A DNA stretch of 64,000 bases from Akkermansia muciniphila (GTDB lineage Bacteria > Verrucomicrobiota > Verrucomicrobiia > Limisphaerales > SIAT01): the NCBI GenBank assembly GCA_945860945.1, contig CAMASG010000003.1, positions 624 through 64,623 of the forward strand. Direction: 5' to 3'. Positions 28,547-35,378 of this stretch are shown piece after piece (within the stretch, counting starts at the first letter, position 1; every line of letters starts with the position of its first letter). Under the pieces are notes generated by a model, which was not told the origin of the DNA, made no database searches, and was given only the letters and a program-made list of their open reading frames with translations. Position numbers and translations under genes: made by a program.

Positions 28547-29413
28547 ATGAAACTCTCCCGCTCCATCGTCCTGTTGGCCGCTTCTTTCGCCGGCCTCCCC
28601 ACCGCGTTCGCCGCCGACGCGCCGCCGGATAAGTCGCAATACAATCTCTTCAAACCCACGCCGCGCCAGTGGCTGCGGGAGATGTCCACCGACCGGCCCG
28701 ACAAGACCGAGAGCCCTTACACTGTGGACGCCGGCCATTTCCAGATCGAGATGGACCTCGTCAGCTTCAGCTACGACAAATACAACACCGACCGCGACGG
28801 CACCGTCGTCCGCTCTTGGAACATCGCTCCGATGAACCTCAAGGTCGGCCTGCGCAACGACCTCGACATCCAGTTTATCGTGCAGCCGCAGACTTACGAA
28901 CGCACCTCGGACCCTGCCGCGGGCGTGTCCAAAAAGCGCGGGTTCAACGATTTCATCACCCGCGTGAAGTGGAACCTCTGGGGCAACGACGGCGGCACCA
29001 CCGCCTTCGCGCTCATGCCTTATGTCAAGCTGCCCACCAACCAGGACAACCTCGGCAACCGCTCCGTCGAGGGCGGCCTCATCGTGCCGCTCGCGGTGGA
29101 ACTCCCCGCCGGTTGGGGCATGGGCCTGATGACGCAGTTCGACATTGTTCGCGACGAGATCAGCAGCGGCTCACACCCGGAGTTTGTGAACACCGTCACC
29201 TTCGGCCACGACATCATCGGCGACCTCCGCGGCTACGTGGAATTCTACAGCAGCGTCAGCACCGAGCGTCGCTCGGACTGGGTCGGCACCGTGGACCTCG
29301 GCCTCACCTACGCCCTCACGAAGGACATCCAGCTCGACGCCGGCGTTAACATCGGCGTCACGCGCTCGGCGGACGACTGGAACCCGTTCGTCGGGGTGTC
29401 TTGGCGCTTCTGA
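28547..29413 (+). CDS. outer-membrane beta-barrel protein (transporter-like, family uncertain)
   Basis: 288 aa with signal peptide MKLSRSIVLLAASFAGLPTAFA|A. It shows alternating amphipathic strand patterns and ends ...NPFVGVSWRF with a terminal Phe, as in OMP C-terminal signatures. It resembles the so-called MetA-pathway/phenol-degradation barrel family from memory only. Confidence 0.6.
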   Translation: MKLSRSIVLLAASFAGLPTAFAADAPPDKSQYNLFKPTPRQWLREMSTDRPDKTESPYTVDAGHFQIEMDLVSFSYDKYNTDRDGTVVRSWNIAPMNLKVGLRNDLDIQFIVQPQTYERTSDPAAGVSKKRGFNDFITRVKWNLWGNDGGTTAFALMPYVKLPTNQDNLGNRSVEGGLIVPLAVELPAGWGMGLMTQFDIVRDEISSGSHPEFVNTVTFGHDIIGDLRGYVEFYSSVSTERRSDWVGTVDLGLTYALTKDIQLDAGVNIGVTRSADDWNPFVGVSWRF

Positions 29414-29422
29414 AGCAAGGAC

Positions 29423-29581
29423 AACCACGAATGGACACGAAGGGACACGAATTGATTGGCCGCGAAAGAACGCAGAGGACGGAAAGAATTTCTCTGGCCG
29501 ACATCCCTGTGGGTTCTCTGCATTCTTTCGCGGCCAATCCGTCCCCGCTTGATTCGTGTCCCTTCGTGTCCATTCGTGGTT
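29423..29581. repeat. 159-bp nested palindromic intergenic element (MITE/REP-like)
   Basis: There are perfect 30-bp terminal inverted repeats (29423-29452 and 29552-29581) plus perfect 17-bp inner inverted repeats (29454-29470 and 29523-29539). Each terminal arm contains CACGAA three times at exact 10-bp phasing. Confidence 0.8.
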
Positions 29582-29595
29582 AAACTCCTTCTCGC

Positions 29596-30357
29596 ATGAC
29601 TGACGCCCCGCCCCTCGAAATTCACGACCTCACAGTGGCATATCACAAGAAGCCGGTGCTGTGGGGCATCGATCTCGTCGTGCCGCGCGGAAAGCTCGTC
29701 GGCATTGTCGGCCCAAACGGCGCGGGCAAATCCACGCTCATCAAAGCCGCGATGGGGCTGATGCCCATCAGCAGCGGTTGGGTGAAAGTCTTCGGCGAAC
29801 CGGTAAAGAAAAATCTCACGCGAATCGGCTACGTGCCGCAGCGCGAATCGGTGGATTGGGATTTCCCCGTGAGCGTGATGGATGTCGTTCTGATGGGCCG
29901 CTACGGACACCTCGGCTTGCTCCGTCGGCCGAGCAAGCAGGACCGCGACATCGCCCGCGAGAGTCTCGACAAGGTGAAGATGCTGCCCTACGCGAACCGG
30001 CAGATCTCCAACCTCTCCGGCGGCCAGCAGCAGCGCGTCTTCCTCGCCCGCGCGCTTGCGCAGGAGAGCGATCTCTATTTCATGGACGAGCCGTTCGCCG
30101 GTGTGGATGCCGCCACCGAGGCCGCCATTGTCGAGCTGCTGCACGAGCTGAAGGCGCGCGGCAAGACGCTGATGATCGTGCATCACGACCTGCCCACCGC
30201 GCGCAGCTATTTCGATATGCTGCTGCTCCTGAACATGCGTGTCGTCGCGTTCGGCCCGACCAACGAGGTTTTCACCCACGACCTTCTGCAAAGCACCTAC
30301 GGCGGTCGGCTCACGATTTTGAGCGAAGTCGCCGAGGCCGTGCGGGAGAAGGGGTGA
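29596..30357 (+). CDS. metal ABC transporter ATP-binding protein
   Basis: 253 aa with Walker A GPNGAGKST, signature LSGGQQQR and Walker B LYFMDEP. It resembles ZnuC/MntB/TroB-type ATPases. Confidence 0.9.
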   Translation: MTDAPPLEIHDLTVAYHKKPVLWGIDLVVPRGKLVGIVGPNGAGKSTLIKAAMGLMPISSGWVKVFGEPVKKNLTRIGYVPQRESVDWDFPVSVMDVVLMGRYGHLGLLRRPSKQDRDIARESLDKVKMLPYANRQISNLSGGQQQRVFLARALAQESDLYFMDEPFAGVDAATEAAIVELLHELKARGKTLMIVHHDLPTARSYFDMLLLLNMRVVAFGPTNEVFTHDLLQSTYGGRLTILSEVAEAVREKG

Positions 30358-30367
30358 CTGGCGGCCG

Positions 30368-31834
30368 ATGAAACGTGGACTTCAACTCGCGCTCCTCTTT
30401 TTCGGAATCGCCTTGCCCGCGCTGACCGGCCACGCCGCGCGCATCGGCGATCTCTCGGAGACGAATATCGCGGAACAGGCGCTGCGGTTCTTCACCTTTC
30501 AGGATCCCGCGGTGCGTTACGCGCTGCTCGGCTCGATCCTGCTCGGAATCACCTGTGGCCTGCTCGGCGGCTTCATCGTCGTGCGCAAGATGGCGCTGGT
30601 CGGCGATGCGCTTTCGCACGCGGTGTTGCCCGGTGTCGCGCTCGGTTTCCTCTGGAACATGAGCAAGGATCCCCTCGCCATCTTCATCGGCGCGGTGCTC
30701 GCCGGATTGCTCGGGGCGGCGGCGGTGCATCTGATTAAGCACACCACGAGGCTGAAGGAGGACACCGCGCTCGGCCTCGTGCTCGCCTCGTTCTTCGCCG
30801 TCGGCATCTGCCTCGTGACGATGATCCAGCGTCTGCCGACCGGAAACAAAAGCGGCATCGACAAGTTCCTCTTCGGCCAAGCCGCCGCCATCGGCGCCGG
30901 TGACGTGCAGCTCATGGCCGTCGTGACCGGCCTCGCCGTGCTGGTGATTCTGCTCTTCTACAAAGAATTTCTCCTGACGAGTTTCGACGCTGGGTTCGCG
31001 CGTGCGGCGGGGTTTCCAGTTCAAGCCATTCATTACACACTGATGCTCCTGCTCGCGTTCGCGATCGTCATCGCGTTGCAGGCCGTGGGTGTCGTGCTCG
31101 TCTCGGCGATGCTCATCACGCCCGCGGCGGCGGCGTATCTGCTCACCGACCGGATGCACCGGTTGCTCGCGTTGGCGGCGATCTTCGGACTATTCGCGGG
31201 CGCACTCGGGGCGTTCCTCTCGTTCCTGCGACCGAACCTCCCGACCGGCCCGCTGATGGTGCTTGCGGCGACGACGATCTTCGTACTCGCCTTCCTGTTC
31301 GGCCCACGCCATGGCGTGTTGGCGCGTTGGTGGCGGCAACGTTCGAGCGCGGCGCGCATTCAACGCGAGAACACGCTCAAGGCCGTGTATCACGTTCTGG
31401 AAGCGCGCGAATTCAAGGGCGAAGGAGTCTCGCTGCGCGAACTCGCCGAGCGCCGTCGCGAGACAGTGAAGGACGCGCGGCAACAGGCCGGCGAGTTGCG
31501 CCGGCACGACTTCGCCTCGCTGCAGGAAGATGGTAACGCAATCTATCTCACGCCGGAGGGTTGGCAGCGCGCCTGCGCCATCGTGCGCAACCACCGGCTT
31601 TGGGAGCTTTACCTCACCAACGCCGCGCACATCGCCGCGGATCATGTGCACGAGGACGCCGAGAAGATCGAGCACGTGCTCGGTGAAGAGGTCGTGCGGC
31701 TGATCGAGAAGCGGCTCAACTACGCCACGCGCGATCCGCACGGACGCTCCATCCCCGGCCTCGCGGATTTACGTCGAGGCGCGTCGCCGGAATCGCCGGC
31801 GTCGGGCCCCACTGGTTACGGGAGGTCCGCATGA
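30368..31834 (+). CDS. metal ABC transporter permease fused to a complete C-terminal DtxR/MntR-family repressor domain (YtgC-YtgR-like)
   Basis: 488 aa. Residues 1 to about 315 form a polytopic ABC-3 permease (DALSHAVLPGVALGF). From about residue 325 the sequence aligns by eye to DtxR: a wHTH region, then NHRLWELYL...HVHEDAEKIEHVLGEEVVRLIEKRL...DPHGRSIPG. Confidence 0.8.
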   Translation: MKRGLQLALLFFGIALPALTGHAARIGDLSETNIAEQALRFFTFQDPAVRYALLGSILLGITCGLLGGFIVVRKMALVGDALSHAVLPGVALGFLWNMSKDPLAIFIGAVLAGLLGAAAVHLIKHTTRLKEDTALGLVLASFFAVGICLVTMIQRLPTGNKSGIDKFLFGQAAAIGAGDVQLMAVVTGLAVLVILLFYKEFLLTSFDAGFARAAGFPVQAIHYTLMLLLAFAIVIALQAVGVVLVSAMLITPAAAAYLLTDRMHRLLALAAIFGLFAGALGAFLSFLRPNLPTGPLMVLAATTIFVLAFLFGPRHGVLARWWRQRSSAARIQRENTLKAVYHVLEAREFKGEGVSLRELAERRRETVKDARQQAGELRRHDFASLQEDGNAIYLTPEGWQRACAIVRNHRLWELYLTNAAHIAADHVHEDAEKIEHVLGEEVVRLIEKRLNYATRDPHGRSIPGLADLRRGASPESPASGPTGYGRSA

Positions 31835-32796
31835 ACGTGCTCGTGCCCGACTTCGATTTCCACCGCGTCTTCATCGCGCCGTGGACGGAGAATCTCGCTA
31901 GCTTCGGCTGGATCACGTTGATGGGCTTCCTCGTCACGGCGACGTGCGGGTGGGTCGGCAATTTCCTCATTCTGCGCCGAATGGCGCTCGTGGGCGATGC
32001 CATCAGCCACAGCGTGCTGCCGGGGTTGGCGGTCGCCTTCCTTCTCTCGCAGAGCCGCGGCACGCTGCCGATGTTCCTCGGCGCGCTGGTCGCGGGCATT
32101 GTCGCTACCGTGCTGATTGAGTTGATTCACAAGAAATCGCGTGTGAAACAGGACGCCGCCATCGGCATCGCCTTCACGAGCCTCTTCGCGCTCGGCGTCA
32201 TCCTCATCAATCTTTACGCGGGCAAAGGCGGCGTGGACCTCGACCAGGAATGCGTGCTCTACGGCGAGATCGCCTTTGTACCTTTGGAGCCGATGGTGAT
32301 GGTTGGGGGGCAAATCCTCGGGCCGATACCCGTGGTGCGGATGGGGTTTGTCGCGCTCGCCACCGCCTTGCTCATCGCGCTTTTCTACAAAGAACTTCTC
32401 GTCAGTTCGTTCGATCCCGCGCTCGCGGTCTCGCTCGGCATCAGCGCCACGTTCGTGCACTACGCGCTGATGGGCTGGCTCTCGGTGGTGGTGGTGAGTG
32501 CGTTTGAATCGGTCGGCGCGATTCTCGTCATCGCCATGCTCATCCTGCCCGGCGCCACCGCCACGCTCCTCTCGCACCGGCTGCCGGTGATGCTCGGGTT
32601 GACGCTCCTGCACGCGGCCTTGAGCGCCGTGCTTGGCATACACCTCGCGCTCTGGCTCGATTGCTCTCCAGCCGGAGCGATGGTCGTGGCCGGCACGCTG
32701 ATTTTCGTAGCAGCGTGGATCTTCAGCCCCAGCGAAGGACTGCTCCGCCGCTGGTTCCGAGCGCGGCTGGAAGCACCCGCTGTCGGCTCCAGCTGA
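31831..32796 (+). CDS. metal ABC transporter permease (second ABC-3 subunit)
   Basis: 321 aa overlapping the previous gene by 4 nt. It has DAISHSVLPGLAVAF and multiple TM helices. Confidence 0.85.
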   Translation: MNVLVPDFDFHRVFIAPWTENLASFGWITLMGFLVTATCGWVGNFLILRRMALVGDAISHSVLPGLAVAFLLSQSRGTLPMFLGALVAGIVATVLIELIHKKSRVKQDAAIGIAFTSLFALGVILINLYAGKGGVDLDQECVLYGEIAFVPLEPMVMVGGQILGPIPVVRMGFVALATALLIALFYKELLVSSFDPALAVSLGISATFVHYALMGWLSVVVVSAFESVGAILVIAMLILPGATATLLSHRLPVMLGLTLLHAALSAVLGIHLALWLDCSPAGAMVVAGTLIFVAAWIFSPSEGLLRRWFRARLEAPAVGSS

Positions 32797-32817
32797 AGAC
32801 TGCGGATTTCAAGCGCG

Positions 32818-33876
32818 TCAGCGGGCGGAGATCTCGAGCATGCGCTCGATGGGCAGACGCGCGCGGTCGAGTGTGGCGCGGTCCATCTCGACGCGCGGGG
32901 CGAGCTTCAGCATGCAGTCGCGCAGCTTTTCGAGCGTGTTCATCTTCATGAATTTGCACTCGTTACAGCGGCAGCTGTCACCGGGCATGCGGTTCACGTC
33001 GTACACGGGAGCACAGAGGAATTCCTTGTCCGGACATTCCTTCTTCATCCGGTGGATAATCCCGGCCTCGGTGACGATGACGAACTGTCGCGCGGGGCTT
33101 TCTTTGCAGTAGGTGATCATCTTCTCAGTGGAGCAGACGGCGTCGGCGAGCGCGCGGACTTCGCGGAGACTCTCGGGGTGGACGATGATCTTGGCCGCTG
33201 GATAAGCCTGCTTGATGCGGAGAATATTCTCCTGCTGGAACTCGACGTGCGCGTAGCAGTTGCCTTTCCAAAGCGTCATCGGCCGGCCGGTCTGCTCCAT
33301 GACCCACGAGCCGAGGTTCTCGTCGGGAATGAAGAGAATATCTTTGTCTTTGGGAACGGCGTTGACGATTTTCACCGCGTTGCCGCTCGTGCAGATGACG
33401 TCCGAAAGCGCCTTCACGGCGGCGGAGCAGTTGATGTAGGTGACGGTGTAGAAGTTCGGGTTCGTGGCCTGAAGCGCGGCGAGTTTATCGGCGGGGCAAC
33501 TTTCCTCGAGCGAGCAGCCGGCGTCTTTGTCCGGCAGCACGACGATCTTGCCGGGGTTGAGAATCTTCGCCGTCTCGGCCATGAAATGAACGCCGCAGAA
33601 AACGATGACATCCGCGCTGGTCTTGGCGGCTTGCTGAGCGAGGCCGAGAGAATCGCCCACGTAATCGGCCACGTCCTGAATCTCCGGCACCTGATAATTG
33701 TGGGCGAGGATGACGGCGTTGAGCTTTTTCTTGAGCGCGAGAATCTCACGCGACAACGCGTCCGCCTGCGCGGGAGGCAGCGGCTTGCGGACACGGATGC
33801 GTTCGCCGGTGGCGAGCGGAAGCTCTGTGGTTTCAACCATACAAGAAACGGTATCGGCGGCCGGAGAGAGCGTCAA
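32818..33876 (-). CDS. nadA: quinolinate synthase
   Basis: 352 aa (alternative ATG at 33840). It has AHNYQVPEIQDVADYVGDSLGL, FCGVHFMAETAKIL and the conserved Cys-containing segments. Confidence 0.9.
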   Translation of the reverse strand: MTLSPAADTVSCMVETTELPLATGERIRVRKPLPPAQADALSREILALKKKLNAVILAHNYQVPEIQDVADYVGDSLGLAQQAAKTSADVIVFCGVHFMAETAKILNPGKIVVLPDKDAGCSLEESCPADKLAALQATNPNFYTVTYINCSAAVKALSDVICTSGNAVKIVNAVPKDKDILFIPDENLGSWVMEQTGRPMTLWKGNCYAHVEFQQENILRIKQAYPAAKIIVHPESLREVRALADAVCSTEKMITYCKESPARQFVIVTEAGIIHRMKKECPDKEFLCAPVYDVNRMPGDSCRCNECKFMKMNTLEKLRDCMLKLAPRVEMDRATLDRARLPIERMLEISAR

Positions 33877-33894
33877 TGAACCTGTCGGCGCGGG

Positions 33895-34551
33895 TCACGG
33901 TCGCTTCTTGGCGACGGCGTTGGTTTTCGCTTCACTCATCGGCGCAAACTTCTGCGCGCGCTGGCTGGCTTCGAAAATCTGGTCGGGCAACATCTGCAGC
34001 GAGACCTGTTCGCGCGCGTGGTGCGCGGTCTCGTGTCCCTGCCGGATGGCGAGCGTGAGCCAGAAGTAAGCGTCGGCGAGATCGGTCTTCACACCTTTTC
34101 CCTCGGCGGCGGCGAGGCCGGAGTTGAACTGAGCAACAACGTGTCCCTGCGCAGCGGCGCGGCGGAACCAGCGGACGGCTTCGGCGGCGTCCTGCTTCAC
34201 GCCGTGACCGTCGAGGTGGAGTGTACCGAGATTGATTTGCGCGCTGGCGGAACCTTGCTCGGCAGATTTGCGATACCACGCGGCGGCTTCGGCAAAATCC
34301 TGTTTCACGCCCAACCCTTTCTCGAGCGCGGCCGCGAGGTAGAACTGCGCTTCGGCGTGGTTTCGATCGGCGGCTTTGCGTAACCACTTGGCGGCTTCAG
34401 TGGGATTGGCGTTGCCGTTCGCGGCGCCCAAGTCGAACTGGGCTTGGAGATCGCCCTTCTGCGCGCGTCGCTCGAGTTTTTCCAACTCGGTTTTCGGACT
34501 GCAACCGACGAGGAGCGCGACCGCGACGAGAAGTGGAACAAGTTGTTTCAA
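33895..34551 (-). CDS. Sel1-repeat lipoprotein
   Basis: This is the 3' part of ORF 33895..34965. A TTG at 34551 gives MKQLVPLLVAVALLVGC (lipobox). Sel1 repeats follow (GDLQAQFDLG..., AEAQFYLAAALEKGLGVKQDFAEAAAWYRKSAEQG, ASAQINLGTLHLDGHGVKQDAAEAVRWFRRAAAQG). The upstream part of the long ORF overlaps the next gene in another frame. Confidence 0.7.
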   Translation of the reverse strand: MKQLVPLLVAVALLVGCSPKTELEKLERRAQKGDLQAQFDLGAANGNANPTEAAKWLRKAADRNHAEAQFYLAAALEKGLGVKQDFAEAAAWYRKSAEQGSASAQINLGTLHLDGHGVKQDAAEAVRWFRRAAAQGHVVAQFNSGLAAAEGKGVKTDLADAYFWLTLAIRQGHETAHHAREQVSLQMLPDQIFEASQRAQKFAPMSEAKTNAVAKKRP

Positions 34552-34561
34552 GGCCGAGGAA

Positions 34562-35266
34562 TCACTTCTTCGGCTCGACCCGCTTGGCCGGCGCGTTGGT
34601 CTTCGCCGGTTCGATGACGGGCTTGGAGACGTCCTTTGTGGCGGGGCTTTTGGTCTTATCGTTCTTGGGCGCGTCTTTTTTTGGCGCGTCCTTCTTCTTG
34701 CTCGGCGGCTTGGAAGAGACGGGCGTGAACTCGGAGGAGAGCCGCTGTGCTTCGGTGATTTGCACCGCGGACATGCTATTGGCAAGGATGTCGCGGGCGC
34801 GTTCAGCGGCGGTGTCGCCCGCGCTGGCGGCGAGGTTGAGCCATTTGTAAGCTTCGACCCAATTCTTGTTGCCGAGGCTGGTGTCGCGCAGAACGAGTCC
34901 GAGCTGAGCCTGCGCATCGGCGAGTCCCTGCTCGGCTGCGGCGGTGAGCCACTTCGCAGCGGCACCGGCGTCTTTGCCCACGCCGTCGCCTTTCGCGTAA
35001 AGCTTGCCGAGAGCGGACTGCGCGCGCGCGTTGTTCTGTTCAGCCGATTTGCGGAACCACTTGGCGGCCTCGACGCTGCTCTTCGCGGTACCTTGGCCGC
35101 CGAGATGCATGTTGCCGAGGATGAGCTGGGCGTTGACGTCGCCTTTATCAGCCAGCGATTTGACGGTGCCGAAATCGAGCTCGTCGGCGCGCGCTCCGGA
35201 GGCGGCGAGCGTGGCGATGCAAGTGAAGGCGAGGAGAATCCAACGGCAGGAACGGCGGCTGTTCAT
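34562..35266 (-). CDS. secreted Sel1-repeat protein with a Lys/Pro-rich tail
   Basis: ORF 34562..35302; the likely start is ATG 35266 (MNSRRSCRWILLAFTCIATLAASGARA). It has Sel1 repeats (GDVNAQLILGNMHLGGQGTAKSSVEAAKWFRKSAEQN, ARAQSALGKLYAKGDGVGKDAGAAAKWLTAAAEQG). The tail reads KPPSKKKDAPKKDAPKNDKTK. Confidence 0.75.
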   Translation of the reverse strand: MNSRRSCRWILLAFTCIATLAASGARADELDFGTVKSLADKGDVNAQLILGNMHLGGQGTAKSSVEAAKWFRKSAEQNNARAQSALGKLYAKGDGVGKDAGAAAKWLTAAAEQGLADAQAQLGLVLRDTSLGNKNWVEAYKWLNLAASAGDTAAERARDILANSMSAVQITEAQRLSSEFTPVSSKPPSKKKDAPKKDAPKNDKTKSPATKDVSKPVIEPAKTNAPAKRVEPKK

Positions 35267-35378
35267 GGTGTCAAGATTATGAATCGGCACGGCAAACATC
35301 AAGCCGCATCTGGCGGCAACGAGAGGTCAGACGCGCTGCGACCCGCAGCCGTTACGTTTGGTTTGCCGTGCGCGTGGT

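Noticed and set aside
29358-29583. 60-71-aa ORFs on both strands inside the 159-bp palindromic element
   Set aside because: They are mirror-image translations of an inverted repeat (…HEWTRRDTN… and …FVSIRG…). That is a signature of a non-coding repeat, not of genes.
34552-34965. Upstream 138 codons of the 356-aa ORF 33895-34965
   Set aside because: This part is Pro/Ser/Arg-rich (…PPQPSRDSPMRRLSSDSFCATPASATR…) and overlaps the well-formed Sel1 gene 34562-35266 in another frame. A TTG at 34551 gives a clean lipoprotein signal peptide instead.
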